Shown here in pieces: positions 48,130-60,369 of a DNA stretch of 64,000 nucleotides. Numbering within the stretch: the first letter of the stretch is position 1; each line of letters opens with the position of its first letter. The position numbers and the translations under genes were made by a program. The notes under the pieces were generated by a model, which saw nothing but the letters and a program-made list of their open reading frames with translations, ran no database searches and had not been told where the DNA came from. The DNA is from Escherichia coli (GTDB lineage Bacteria > Pseudomonadota > Gammaproteobacteria > Enterobacterales > Enterobacteriaceae), in assembly GCF_044324875.1 (NCBI RefSeq), contig NZ_CP172185.1. One strand, written 5' to 3'.

Positions 48130-48924
48130 TCATAATAATTGCGGCGGCGCAAAGCGACGGTTGTTTAAAACGGGAAGTTGCGCGCGCACCTGACGCACAC
48201 GTTCGGGCGTCACTTCCGCCATAATGAGTGCAGGCATTTCTGACGCTGCCGCAATGGTGACGCCAAAGGGATCTATAATCCGGCTTTGCCCGATATTTTT
48301 GTTCCCGCACTCCCCCGCCGCCACCATATAACAGGTGGTATCCAGCGCACGAGCGGCAAGCAACGTTGACCAGTGATGCTCCTTGAGCGGCCCACGAACC
48401 CAGGCGGCAGGAAGTACCAGGATTTCAGCTCCCTGTAATGCCTGTGCCAGCGCCAGCTCTGGAAAGCGTAAGTCATAACAGGTCATCAGACCGACCTTCA
48501 TCCCTTCCACCTCCAGTAACGGAGCTATTTCATTACCAGCATCAACATGGCGTGATTCCTGAATGGCAAATGCATCATAGAGATGCAGTTTGGCATAACG
48601 GGCGACGATGTTTCCTGCCTGTAGCGCCACCAGCATATTCCATGCGCGCCCCGGTGTTGAAGGAACATGAATCGTCAGAATTGTCGTCATCATGTTACGT
48701 TTACTTTCTCGACGTAAACGTCCGAGGAATTCGCCTTCCAGCAGCTGTGCTGATTTAACCGATAGATCTGCATCATGATCATCACGCGCCAACAATGCTT
48801 CCGGCAGGACAAACAGCGAAACGTCGTTTTCCGCCGCCTGCGCCATCAACGAGGCACAAATCTCAGCGTTCTTTTCCCACACAGATGTAACAGCAAACTG
48901 TCCTGCGGCAACCAGCATTGCCAC
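48130..48924 (-). CDS. ybeM: C-N hydrolase (nitrilase superfamily) YbeM, apparently intact here
   Basis: Uninterrupted 264-aa [35 protein letters not shown]...; C-N hydrolase E-K-C signature context [12 protein letters not shown]. Confidence 0.85.
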   Translation of the reverse strand: MAMLVAAGQFAVTSVWEKNAEICASLMAQAAENDVSLFVLPEALLARDDHDADLSVKSAQLLEGEFLGRLRRESKRNMMTTILTIHVPSTPGRAWNMLVALQAGNIVARYAKLHLYDAFAIQESRHVDAGNEIAPLLEVEGMKVGLMTCYDLRFPELALAQALQGAEILVLPAAWVRGPLKEHHWSTLLAARALDTTCYMVAAGECGNKNIGQSRIIDPFGVTIAAASEMPALIMAEVTPERVRQVRAQLPVLNNRRFAPPQLL

Positions 48925-49013
48925 CTCCTCCTGTCAGAGTCGTAAAATTCGCCAACGGCGATTATTCGGCGTTACACTTATCACTCATACAAATCAAATA
49001 GCAGGATTTTGCA

Positions 49014-49397
49014 GTGTTACAACTTCTTTTAGCAGTTTTTATTGGCGGTGGTACGGGAAGCGTGGCGAGATGGCTGTTAAGTATGCGATTTAACCCGCTG
49101 CATCAGGCGATTCCGTTGGGGACGCTGGCAGCAAACCTGATTGGGGCATTCATCATAGGAATGGGATTCGCCTGGTTTAGCAGGATGACGAACATTGATC
49201 CAGTGTGGAAAGTATTAATCACCACCGGATTTTGTGGCGGTCTAACAACCTTCTCAACATTTTCGGCAGAAGTGGTGTTTTTGTTACAAGAGGGCCGCTT
49301 TGGCTGGGCGTTACTGAACGTTTTCGTCAACCTTCTGGGGTCTTTTGCCATGACCGCACTGGCTTTCGGGCTGTTTTCCGCCTCAACCGCACACTAA
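49014..49397 (+). CDS. crcB: Fluoride ion channel CrcB/FluC
   Basis: 127 aa [24 protein letters not shown]...[13 protein letters not shown]. Confidence 0.95.
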   Translation: MLQLLLAVFIGGGTGSVARWLLSMRFNPLHQAIPLGTLAANLIGAFIIGMGFAWFSRMTNIDPVWKVLITTGFCGGLTTFSTFSAEVVFLLQEGRFGWALLNVFVNLLGSFAMTALAFGLFSASTAH

Positions 49398-49402
49398 AGA
49401 CC

Positions 49403-49432
49403 AAAAAAAACCCGCTGATTAAGCGGGTTTTG
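49403..49432. terminator. Bidirectional rho-independent terminator between crcB and cspE
   Basis: AAAAAAAACCCGC-tgattaa-GCGGGTTTT. Confidence 0.8.
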
Positions 49433-49450
49433 AATTCTTGCTGACGTATC

Positions 49451-49660
49451 TTACAGAGCGATTACGTTTGCAGCAGAAGGGCCTTTGGCACCGTTAGTGA
49501 TTTCGAACTCTACGCGCTGACCTTCAGCAAGAGTTTTAAAACCATTAGTCTGGATTGCAGAGAAGTGTACGAACACGTCTTTGCTGCCGTCTTCCGGAGT
49601 AATGAAACCGAATCCTTTGGACTCATTAAACCACTTAACGTTACCTTTAATCTTAGACAT
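49451..49660 (-). CDS. cspE: Cold-shock-domain protein CspE
   Basis: 69 aa [37 protein letters not shown]...; ORF-track 97-aa version is an upstream extension. Confidence 0.95.
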
Positions 49661-49834
49661 CAAAATTACCTTTACATGAAAAATAGACACAAATGCTGTG
49701 TCGGTTACCAGTACACCAATTGTGGTACGCTTTGTCCAGTGCAACTTTACTAAAAAGTGATAAAAGTCGCGTTATTTTTGATGTTAATTATTTTACCCAT
49801 TGATTTTAAAGAGTTTACTAAAATTTCATTTGTC

Positions 49835-50395
49835 TCAAAACTGAAAGCGCATCCAGGCAAAGTACACATTGCCATTGTTATAGGTACCCGGAATGTAGGT
49901 CATCTGAAAAGTCACTGGACCATAACCCACAGAGGCCAATGGCAGTAGAACCGGGAGAGGGATGTAATTCCAGTTATCGCGTGCCGTTACGCCAGCGGTG
50001 AATCCCAGTCCTAAATGAAAATTTTCATCTGCCAGCGGTCGCCAGGTACTTTCCCATCCGTATCCGGCAATCGGTTCCCATTTGTTCCACGAGTCCTTAA
50101 ATGCCATGGCATACAGGCCATGCCAGTTTCCTTTTTCATCCCAACGCGACTGACCAAAACCGCCACCCCACGGTCGCTCGTTATAGCGATCGGTTTTTTC
50201 TTTGTCGTAAGCGAAACGTGCATGCCAGGTGATGGCAGGAATATATAAATCATAATGTTCAGGCTGTTGCCAGGTTTGTGCAATATTTTCTCTAAACGTT
50301 GTCATCCACTCATCTGCGTTAGCAAAAACTTTACCAACGCTGATTAACTGAATAAAAACAAAGGAAAAGATAGCGACATATTTACTCACGTTCAT
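49835..50395 (-). CDS. pagP: Lipid A palmitoyltransferase PagP (outer membrane)
   Basis: 186 aa [34 protein letters not shown]...; ORF-track start is 8 codons longer. Confidence 0.93.
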   Translation of the reverse strand: MNVSKYVAIFSFVFIQLISVGKVFANADEWMTTFRENIAQTWQQPEHYDLYIPAITWHARFAYDKEKTDRYNERPWGGGFGQSRWDEKGNWHGLYAMAFKDSWNKWEPIAGYGWESTWRPLADENFHLGLGFTAGVTARDNWNYIPLPVLLPLASVGYGPVTFQMTYIPGTYNNGNVYFAWMRFQF

Positions 50396-50981
50396 TTGTG
50401 ACCATAAAACATTTATCAAAAATCTACTACTAGCATAGCAAAGCTACAATTAACATAACCTTAATAGCCCCAACATAAAGAACAATCTGAATAGCTGCTC
50501 TATTTATTTCCGCTTGTTTAAGTTAAATATTTCCGCGCATCGATTAAAGATGATGTATCGTTTTCTGCTATGGGAATAGTCATAAAAAAACCAAGTCTTT
50601 TTTGATGACAAAATACAACCAAGAAAAAATTACTTTATTTTTTAATAGGATACAAAAAAATCTCTTAACGAAGAATATATTATATATCGTCAACCTATGC
50701 TCATGTTAGATTATTTTTTGAGCGCACAGCCGCAGCTAACACCATTGCAATTAACAAATTTGCATCAATCCACCATCAATTTACACACATTATTATGTGA
50801 TAATTGCCAACCGCTAAATATGCGTTTTGTTATCTATGTATAAAAACAGCAAATTCAATGTCTTAATGGCAGTTTTTCTTGATTTTAATCAGCATTCATC
50901 GCCAATTTATTGGGCATATTTTTTCCTTAAGCTTTAGGAATTTTTTATTATTTACTTTGGGGCCTGGAGACAGGAAAAATT

Positions 50982-52367
50982 ATGCTGACATTCATTGAAC
51001 TCCTTATTGGAGTTGTGGTTATTGTGGGTGTAGCTCGCTACATCATTAAAGGGTATTCCGCCACTGGCGTGTTATTTGTCGGTGGCCTGTTATTGCTGAT
51101 TATCAGTGCCATTATGGGGCACAAAGTGTTACCGTCCAGCCAGGCTTCAACAGGCTACAGCGCCACGGATATCGTTGAATACGTTAAAATATTGCTAATG
51201 AGCCGCGGCGGCGACCTCGGCATGATGATTATGATGCTGTGTGGCTTTGCCGCTTACATGACCCATATCGGCGCGAATGATATGGTGGTCAAGCTGGCGT
51301 CAAAACCATTGCAGTATATTAACTCCCCTTACCTGCTGATGATTGCCGCCTATTTTGTCGCCTGTCTGATGTCTCTGGCCGTCTCTTCCGCGACCGGTCT
51401 GGGTGTTTTGCTGATGGCAACCCTGTTTCCGGTGATGGTAAACGTTGGTATCAGCCGTGGTGCAGCTGCTGCTATTTGTGCCTCCCCGGCGGCGATTATT
51501 CTCGCACCGACTTCAGGGGATGTGGTGCTGGCGGCGCAGGCTTCCGAAATGTCGCTGATTGACTTCGCCTTCAAAACAACGCTGCCTATCTCAATTGCTG
51601 CAATTATCGGCATGGCAATCGCCCACTTCTTCTGGCAACGTTATCTGGATAAAAAAGAACACATCTCTCATGAAATGTTAGATGTCAGTGAAATCACCAC
51701 CACTGCCCCTGCGTTTTATGCCATTTTGCCGTTCACGCCGATCATCGGAGTGCTGATTTTTGACGGCAAATGGGGCCCGCAATTACACATCATCACTATT
51801 CTGGTGATTTGTATGCTGATTGCCTCCATTCTGGAGTTCATCCGCAGCTTTAATACCCAGAAAGTTTTCTCTGGTCTGGAAGTGGCTTATCGCGGGATGG
51901 CAGATGCATTTGCAAACGTGGTGATGCTGCTGGTTGCCGCTGGGGTATTCGCTCAGGGGCTTAGCACCATCGGCTTTATTCAAAGTCTGATTTCTATCGC
52001 TACCTCGTTTGGTTCGGCGAGCATCATCCTGATGCTGGTATTGGTGATCCTGACAATGCTGGCGGCAGTCACGACCGGTTCAGGCAATGCGCCGTTTTAT
52101 GCGTTTGTTGAGATGATCCCGAAACTGGCGCACTCTTCCGGCATTAACCCGGCGTATTTGACTATCCCAATGCTGCAGGCGTCAAACCTCGGCCGTACCC
52201 TGTCACCCGTTTCTGGCGTAGTCGTTGCGGTTGCCGGGATGGCGAAAATCTCACCATTTGAAGTCGTAAAACGCACCTCGGTGCCGGTGCTTGTTGGGCT
52301 GGTGATTGTTATCGTTGCTACAGAGCTGATGGTGCCAGGAACGGCAGCCGCGGTCACAGGCAAGTAA
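50982..52367 (+). CDS. dcuC: Anaerobic C4-dicarboxylate transporter DcuC
   Basis: 461 aa multi-TM MLTFIELLIGVVVIVGVARYIIKGYSATGVL... Confidence 0.95.
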   Translation: MLTFIELLIGVVVIVGVARYIIKGYSATGVLFVGGLLLLIISAIMGHKVLPSSQASTGYSATDIVEYVKILLMSRGGDLGMMIMMLCGFAAYMTHIGANDMVVKLASKPLQYINSPYLLMIAAYFVACLMSLAVSSATGLGVLLMATLFPVMVNVGISRGAAAAICASPAAIILAPTSGDVVLAAQASEMSLIDFAFKTTLPISIAAIIGMAIAHFFWQRYLDKKEHISHEMLDVSEITTTAPAFYAILPFTPIIGVLIFDGKWGPQLHIITILVICMLIASILEFIRSFNTQKVFSGLEVAYRGMADAFANVVMLLVAAGVFAQGLSTIGFIQSLISIATSFGSASIILMLVLVILTMLAAVTTGSGNAPFYAFVEMIPKLAHSSGINPAYLTIPMLQASNLGRTLSPVSGVVVAVAGMAKISPFEVVKRTSVPVLVGLVIVIVATELMVPGTAAAVTGK

Positions 52368-52407
52368 ATAGTCATGCCGGAGGCAAGTTTCCTCCGGCTT
52401 TATCATG

Positions 52408-53088
52408 TCACCCACTGTGGTATATGCGTTGCGGTCTGCCAACTTTGCCGTGAACAATTTCAGCAATAATCAGATGGCGGCTGGCGCAATATTCAAGATA
52501 ACGTCTGGCAGTGGTGCGGCTGATAGTCAGTGCCTGCGCCACCGTTTCTGCCGTATGTTGCACACCAGGCTCTTTAAACAGTTTTCGCACCGCGTTTAGC
52601 GTCAAGGGGTCAATGCCGGTCGGCAGTTCGTCTTTGGGTTCACCGCGAGCATAGGCATTAAACATCTCATCAATTTGCTTCTGGCTGGCGCTATCAATAC
52701 TTTCCAGCATATGTTTACGCTGGCGGAATCGGGTTAGCGTTTGCCCCAGCCGTTCATAGGCAATTGGCTTAATGAGATAATCAAATACACCACAACGTAC
52801 GGCTTCAGACACCGTTTCCATATCACTGGCTGCAGTGGTAAACACCACGTCGCCGGGATAATGCGCCTGCACCAGTTCATGCAGTAAATTAATCCCTCTA
52901 CCGTCAGGAAGATAGTTATCAAGCAAGATTAGCCCCGGCTTAAAACGCTCGATCATCATTCGGGCCTGCGCCAGGTTTCCCGCCAGTAATATCTGACTGA
53001 ATCCGGGAATGTGACGAATATATTCCGCATGCATCTCTGCCAGCGGCGTTTCGTCCTCAACGATCAATAGGGTTAATGGAGCTGTCAT
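52408..53088 (-). CDS. dpiA: Two-component response regulator DpiA (CitB)
   Basis: 226 aa MTAPLTLLIVEDETPLAEMHAEYIRH... receiver domain plus HTH. Confidence 0.95.
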   Translation of the reverse strand: MTAPLTLLIVEDETPLAEMHAEYIRHIPGFSQILLAGNLAQARMMIERFKPGLILLDNYLPDGRGINLLHELVQAHYPGDVVFTTAASDMETVSEAVRCGVFDYLIKPIAYERLGQTLTRFRQRKHMLESIDSASQKQIDEMFNAYARGEPKDELPTGIDPLTLNAVRKLFKEPGVQHTAETVAQALTISRTTARRYLEYCASRHLIIAEIVHGKVGRPQRIYHSG

Positions 53089-54715
53089 TAGGTTTCACTT
53101 TCGGAATATAGATTGAAAATAAGGTACCGCAGGGATCATTATCTTCGAGAGTGATAACACCACCGCAGCGCGTTACGTAGCTGGCAATCAAGTACAACCC
53201 AATGCCATGTTCGCCGGGCTCGTCAGCACGCGTACTGACACCCTGCTCAAATATTTTGTCTCGTAGAGACTCTGGAACGCCGCAGCCCTGATCGGCGACT
53301 TCAATCACCACATCATCGCCTTCATCGCTGAGGAATAATTCAACGATCTTGTTTCCTTCATCGCTACGCAGGCTGGCTTCGAAGGCGTTATCAAGTAAAT
53401 TGCCAACAATGGCTGCAAACTCGGTGCTGTCCAGTCCTGGCGGCAGTTGCGAAAGCTGACTTCCGGGGACGATGACCATTTTTAGCCCCAGTTCGCGGGC
53501 GCGCTGCACTTTACCAAAAAGCAGCCCCGCCACCTGGCGATCGGCAAACGCCTCGCGCAGGCTATCAATAAGCTGTTGCTGGGCCTGAGACTCCCCCTGC
53601 ACCATCGCCAACACGCGATCATACTCTTTCATCTGCAACAGACCATTGAGCGTCGACATCCAATTGAGATGCTCGTGTCGCAATGTGCGCAGGCTCTCGA
53701 CGTATTGTTTAATTTGCGTCAGTTGCGCATTGAGGGTGGATATTTCGTCTTTACTACGAAAGCTGATAATGGCCCCCAGCAAATCATCACCAGAACGAAT
53801 AGCTTCCCGGTTGGCAATAACGCTCAGACCGTTAAAGTTCGCCACCACATCCTGACGTTTTTCATCAATCTGTTCGGTAAAGAAATCGGCGGGCCTGACC
53901 ACTTCAGCAATGGGTTTACCCAACCATTGCCGTCCGGGGGAACTCAGACCCAGCATCTTTCTTGCGTTACGATTGATGGCGGTAATGTAACCATGCGGAT
54001 CCACCGCAATGAGCCCTTCATAAACCGAACTAAACAGCGCCTCTTGCTGACGGACCACGCGTGCGATTTGCTTTGGCTCCATGCCCATCATCTGCCGACG
54101 GATATGCGCGGCCAGGAACCACGACAGCAACATCAGAATCCCTAACAGCACGACAAACACGCCAGCCATCGGTAATAAAAACTCAGCCCGCCAGCTATCG
54201 ATTTTACTCACCAGGTAGCCAATCGACACCACGCCGATGACTTTTCCATCGTCATCAAAGATTGGCGTTTTGGCACGCATCGCCATGCCAATTGACCCTT
54301 TCCCGGTGATGAAGTAGCTCTCCCCTTTCTCCAGCGCGCCCGGTTTGGTGAACTGCATAGGATAACCAATTTTCTCCGGATTAGGATGGTAAAGACGAAT
54401 CGAGTGCCGATCGCCAATCACCACATAATCGAAATCAGTATCTCTTTGTAATTTGTTAGCGATGGTCGCCAGCCTCTTGTAGTCACGCGTTTTCACTGCG
54501 CTGATGATACTGTCATTAGAAGCAATAATTTTTGCCTGATTCATTGCCATGTCGCGCACATGAAGCGTTAAATAGTCCTCAAAACTGGCCGTAAAATATT
54601 GCGCCAGGGCTGCAATGACAAATATTGAGAACACCAGAATCAGCAAAAAGATACGCAGCGGAAATGCCAGTCTTTGGAAAAATGCAAACTGTTTATTCTC
54701 GTTAAGCTGCAACAT
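53057..54715 (-). CDS. dpiB: Sensor histidine kinase DpiB (CitA)
   Basis: 552 aa from ATG (reverse complement at 54713-54715) MLQLNENKQFAFFQRLAFPLRIFLL...; two TMs, periplasmic sensor, HATPase; overlaps dpiA by 32 bp. Confidence 0.93.
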   Translation of the reverse strand: MLQLNENKQFAFFQRLAFPLRIFLLILVFSIFVIAALAQYFTASFEDYLTLHVRDMAMNQAKIIASNDSIISAVKTRDYKRLATIANKLQRDTDFDYVVIGDRHSIRLYHPNPEKIGYPMQFTKPGALEKGESYFITGKGSIGMAMRAKTPIFDDDGKVIGVVSIGYLVSKIDSWRAEFLLPMAGVFVVLLGILMLLSWFLAAHIRRQMMGMEPKQIARVVRQQEALFSSVYEGLIAVDPHGYITAINRNARKMLGLSSPGRQWLGKPIAEVVRPADFFTEQIDEKRQDVVANFNGLSVIANREAIRSGDDLLGAIISFRSKDEISTLNAQLTQIKQYVESLRTLRHEHLNWMSTLNGLLQMKEYDRVLAMVQGESQAQQQLIDSLREAFADRQVAGLLFGKVQRARELGLKMVIVPGSQLSQLPPGLDSTEFAAIVGNLLDNAFEASLRSDEGNKIVELFLSDEGDDVVIEVADQGCGVPESLRDKIFEQGVSTRADEPGEHGIGLYLIASYVTRCGGVITLEDNDPCGTLFSIYIPKVKPNDSSINPIDR

Positions 54716-54775
54716 TGTTTTCCTTGCGGGTTGTCCCGAGCCTCTTTGACGGATGTAATTAAAATGTTGAATCAA

Positions 54776-55094
54776 AATACATAGATATTAAATATAATCG
54801 TGGCAAATTTTATTCATTAAATCAATTAAATCACTTAAACCTGCGGGTCATTTCGTAATTACATTAATTAAAAAACTTAAAACCATTAAATAAATAAAAA
54901 ACCACTAACTCTATGTGAAATAAATCAAAATTTCACGCTGCAATACTCCTTAGGATGTATAGCGAAAGGAGAAAAAGATATACCTCGATCGCCCCCCTTT
55001 CTCCCAAGTGAAAATAAAAGGTTATCAGTTTGCAACATCGAACAACATTCGTTGCAAATCGATAACAACATGCACCTTCAGGATACTATTTATT
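54776..55094. promoter_or_regulatory. AT-rich divergent dpiB/citC control region with reiterated TTAAAT/ATTAA motifs
   Basis: Multiple copies of AAATCAATTAAATCACTTAAA / ATTAATTAAAAAACTTAAAACCATTAAATAAATAAAAAACC between divergent operons; plausible DpiA/CRP/Fnr binding area. Confidence 0.35.
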
Positions 55095-56153
55095 ATGTTC
55101 GGCAATGATATTTTCACCCGTGTAAAACGTTCAGAAAATAAAAAAATGGCGGAAATCGCCCAATTCCTGCATGAAAATGATTTGAGCGTTGACACCACAG
55201 TCGAAGTATTTATTACCGTAACCCGCGATGAAAAGCTTATCGCGTGCGGTGGAATTGCCGGAAATATTATTAAATGCGTTGCTATCAGTGAATCCGTTCG
55301 CGGTGAAGGACTGGCGCTGACATTAGCCACCGAGCTAATTAACCTCGCCTATGAGCGGCACAGCACGCATCTGTTTATTTATACCAAAACCGAATACGAG
55401 GCGCTGTTCCGCCAGTGCGGTTTTTCCACGCTGACCAGTGTACCCGGCGTGATGGTGCTGATGGAAAACAGCGCCACGCGACTGAAACGCTATGCCGAAT
55501 CGCTGAAAAAATTTCGTCATCCAGGGAACAAGATTGGCTGCATTGTGATGAACGCCAATCCCTTTACGAATGGTCACCGTTATCTGATTCAACAGGCTGC
55601 AGCACAGTGCGACTGGTTGCATCTGTTTTTAGTTAAAGAAGATTCTTCACGCTTTCCCTATGAAGACCGGCTGGATCTGGTGTTAACAGGCACCGCCGAT
55701 ATTCCACGCCTGACTGTGCATCGCGGCTCCGAATACATCATCTCCCGCGCTACGTTCCCTTGCTACTTCATTAAAGAACAGAGCGTCATTAACCATTGTT
55801 ACACCGAAATTGATCTGAAGATTTTCCGTCAGTACCTCGCTCCCGCGCTGGGTGTAACTCACCGCTTTGTCGGTACTGAACCCTTTTGTCGCGTTACCGC
55901 CCAGTACAACCAGGATATGCGCTACTGGCTGGAAACGCCGACTATCTCCGCACCGCCCATCGAACTGGTTGAAATTGAGCGGCTGCGTTACCAGGAGATG
56001 CCGATATCCGCTTCCCGGGTACGTCAACTGCTGGCGAAAAACGATCTCACGGCTATCGCGCCGCTGGTCCCTGCAGTCACGCTGCATTATTTGCAGAACC
56101 TGCTTGAGCACTCCCGCCAGGACGCGGCAGCTCGTCAAAAGACCCCCGCATGA
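55095..56153 (+). CDS. citC: [Citrate (pro-3S)-lyase] ligase
   Basis: 352 aa from ATG 55095 MFGNDIFTRVKRSENKKMAEIAQFL...; first gene of citCDEFXG. Confidence 0.93.
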   Translation: MFGNDIFTRVKRSENKKMAEIAQFLHENDLSVDTTVEVFITVTRDEKLIACGGIAGNIIKCVAISESVRGEGLALTLATELINLAYERHSTHLFIYTKTEYEALFRQCGFSTLTSVPGVMVLMENSATRLKRYAESLKKFRHPGNKIGCIVMNANPFTNGHRYLIQQAAAQCDWLHLFLVKEDSSRFPYEDRLDLVLTGTADIPRLTVHRGSEYIISRATFPCYFIKEQSVINHCYTEIDLKIFRQYLAPALGVTHRFVGTEPFCRVTAQYNQDMRYWLETPTISAPPIELVEIERLRYQEMPISASRVRQLLAKNDLTAIAPLVPAVTLHYLQNLLEHSRQDAAARQKTPA

Positions 56154-56167
56154 GAAACAGGTGAAAA

Positions 56168-56464
56168 ATGAAAATAAACCAGCCCGCCGTTGCAGGCACC
56201 CTTGAGTCTGGGGATGTGATGATACGCATCGCCCCACTCGATACGCAGGATATCGACCTGCAAATCAACAGCAGCGTTGAGAAACAGTTTGGCGATGCAA
56301 TTCGCACCACCATTCTGGACGTTCTCGCCCGCTACAACGTGCGCGGCGTACAGCTGAATGTCGATGACAAAGGCGCACTGGACTGCATTTTACGTGCACG
56401 ACTGGAAGCCCTGCTGGCACGCGCCAGCGGTATCCCGGCTCTGCCATGGGAGGATTGCCAATGA
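56168..56464 (+). CDS. citD: Citrate lyase acyl carrier protein (gamma subunit)
   Basis: 98 aa [24 protein letters not shown]... Confidence 0.95.
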
Positions 56465-57369
56465 TTTCCGCTTCGCTGCAACAACGTAAAACTCGCACCC
56501 GCCGCAGCATGTTGTTTGTGCCTGGTGCCAATGCCGCGATGGTCAGCAACTCCTTCATCTACCCGGCTGATGCCCTGATGTTTGACCTCGAAGACTCCGT
56601 GGCATTACGTGAAAAAGACACCGCCCGCCGCATGGTTTACCACGCGCTGCAACATCCGCTGTATCGCGATATTGAAACCATTGTGCGTGTAAACGCGCTG
56701 GATTCCGAATGGGGTGTTAACGACCTGGAAGCCGTCGTTCGCGGTGGTGCGGACGTTGTGCGTCTGCCGAAAACCGATACCGCTCAGGATGTTCTGGATA
56801 TCGAAAAAGAGATCCTGCGCATCGAAAAAGCCTGTGGTCGTGAACCCGGCAGCACCGGCCTGCTGGCAGCGATTGAATCTCCGCTGGGCATTACCCGCGC
56901 GGTGGAAATCGCTCACGCTTCCGAGCGTTTGATCGGTATCGCCCTCGGAGCAGAAGACTATGTGCGCAACCTGCGTACAGAACGCTCCCCGGAAGGAACA
57001 GAACTGCTGTTCGCACGCTGCTCCATTTTGCAGGCCGCGCGCTCTGCGGGTATTCAGGCGTTCGATACCGTCTATTCCGACGCTAACAACGAAGCCGGAT
57101 TCCTGCAAGAAGCCGCCCACATCAAACAGCTGGGCTTTGACGGCAAATCGCTGATCAACCCGCGTCAGATTGATCTGCTGCACAACCTCTACGCACCGAC
57201 CCAGAAAGAAGTGGATCACGCCCGCCGCGTCGTAGAAGCCGCTGAGGCCGCCGCTCGCGAAGGCCTCGGCGTGGTTTCCCTGAACGGCAAGATGGTGGAC
57301 GGTCCGGTTATCGATCGCGCCCGTCTGGTGCTCTCCCGCGCAGAACTTTCCGGCATCCGCGAAGAATAA
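56461..57369 (+). CDS. citE: Citrate lyase beta subunit (citryl-ACP lyase)
   Basis: 302 aa [28 protein letters not shown]...; ATGA overlap with citD. Confidence 0.95.
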
Positions 57370-57379
57370 GGCAATCAAA

Positions 57380-58912
57380 ATGACGCAGAAAATTGAACAA
57401 TCTCAACGACAAGAACGGGTAGCGGCCTGGAATCGTCGCGCTGAATGCGATCTTGCCACTTTCCAGAACTCACCAAAGCAAACCTACCAGGCTGAAAAAG
57501 CGCGCGATCGCAAACTGTGCGCCAACCTGGAAGAAGCGATTCGTCGCTCTGGTTTACAGGACGGCATGACGGTTTCCTTCCATCACGCTTTCCGTGGCGG
57601 TGACCTGACCGTCAATATGGTGATGGACGTCATCGCGAAGATGGGCTTTAAAAACCTGACTCTGGCCTCCAGCTCCCTGAGTGATTGCCATGCGCCGCTG
57701 GTAGAACACATTCGCCAGGGCGTGGTTACCCGCATTTATACCTCTGGCCTGCGCGGTCCACTGGCGGAAGAAATCTCCCGCGGTCTGCTGGCGGAACCGG
57801 TGCAAATCCACTCTCACGGCGGACGTGTGCATCTGGTACAGAGCGGCGAACTGAATATTGATGTGGCTTTCCTCGGCGTCCCATCCTGTGATGAATTCGG
57901 TAATGCCAACGGCTACACCGGTAAAGCCTGCTGCGGCTCCCTCGGCTATGCAATGGTTGATGCCGACAACGCGAAACAGGTTGTGATGCTCACTGAAGAA
58001 CTGCTGCCTTATCCGCATAATCCGGCAAGCATTGAGCAAGATCAGGTTGATCTGATCGTCAAAGTTGATCGCGTTGGCGATGCCGCGAAAATCGGCGCTG
58101 GCGCGACCCGTATGACCACTAACCCGCGCGAACTGCTTATTGCCCGTAGCGCTGCGGATGTGATTGTCAACTCAGGCTACTTTAAAGAAGGTTTCTCCAT
58201 GCAGACCGGCACCGGCGGCGCATCGCTGGCGGTAACCCGTTTCCTGGAAGACAAAATGCGTAGCCGCGATATTCGCGCCGACTTCGCCCTTGGCGGTATT
58301 ACCGCAACGATGGTTGATCTGCACGAAAAAGGGCTGATCCGCAAACTGCTGGATGTACAGAGCTTTGACAGCCACGCTGCACAATCGCTGGCCCGTAACC
58401 CCAATCACATCGAAATCAGCGCCAACCAGTACGCTAACTGGGGTTCAAAAGGCGCATCGGTTGATCGTCTCGACGTGGTGGTACTGAGCGCGCTGGAAAT
58501 TGACACCCAGTTCAACGTTAACGTGCTGACCGGCTCTGACGGCGTACTGCGTGGTGCTTCCGGTGGTCACTGCGATACCGCGATTGCCTCTGCGCTTTCC
58601 ATCATCGTCGCGCCGCTGGTACGCGGTCGTATTCCGACTCTGGTGGATAACGTGCTGACCTGCATCACCCCGGGCTCCAGTGTCGATATTCTGGTCACTG
58701 ACCACGGTATCGCAGTTAACCCGGCACGTCCGGAGCTGGCAGAACGTCTGCAGGAAGCGGGCATTAAAGTGGTTTCCATTGAGTGGCTGCGTGAACGTGC
58801 GCGTCTGCTGACCGGTGAACCACAGCCGATTGAATTCACCGACCGCGTCGTTGCCGTTGTGCGTTACCGCGATGGCTCGGTGATCGATGTTGTGCATCAG
58901 GTGAAGGAATAA
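57380..58912 (+). CDS. citF: Citrate lyase alpha subunit (citrate CoA-transferase)
   Basis: 510 aa MTQKIEQSQRQERVAAWNRRAECDL... Confidence 0.95.
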   Translation: MTQKIEQSQRQERVAAWNRRAECDLATFQNSPKQTYQAEKARDRKLCANLEEAIRRSGLQDGMTVSFHHAFRGGDLTVNMVMDVIAKMGFKNLTLASSSLSDCHAPLVEHIRQGVVTRIYTSGLRGPLAEEISRGLLAEPVQIHSHGGRVHLVQSGELNIDVAFLGVPSCDEFGNANGYTGKACCGSLGYAMVDADNAKQVVMLTEELLPYPHNPASIEQDQVDLIVKVDRVGDAAKIGAGATRMTTNPRELLIARSAADVIVNSGYFKEGFSMQTGTGGASLAVTRFLEDKMRSRDIRADFALGGITATMVDLHEKGLIRKLLDVQSFDSHAAQSLARNPNHIEISANQYANWGSKGASVDRLDVVVLSALEIDTQFNVNVLTGSDGVLRGASGGHCDTAIASALSIIVAPLVRGRIPTLVDNVLTCITPGSSVDILVTDHGIAVNPARPELAERLQEAGIKVVSIEWLRERARLLTGEPQPIEFTDRVVAVVRYRDGSVIDVVHQVKE

Positions 58913-58915
58913 GCC

Positions 58916-60320
<1,405 letters not shown>

Positions 60321-60369
60321 TAATTTAAGCACTTGATAAAATTGGAATATTAATTGTCGGAGAACCCGT

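Noticed and set aside
54776-55094. Possible extended CitC N-terminus (ORF track start 55008, 381 aa)
   Set aside because: The extension runs through the AT-rich promoter region; ATG at 55095 gives the canonical 352-aa CitC.
56605-57378. 257-aa minus-strand ORF inside citE
   Set aside because: Antisense shadow ORF within the citrate lyase operon.
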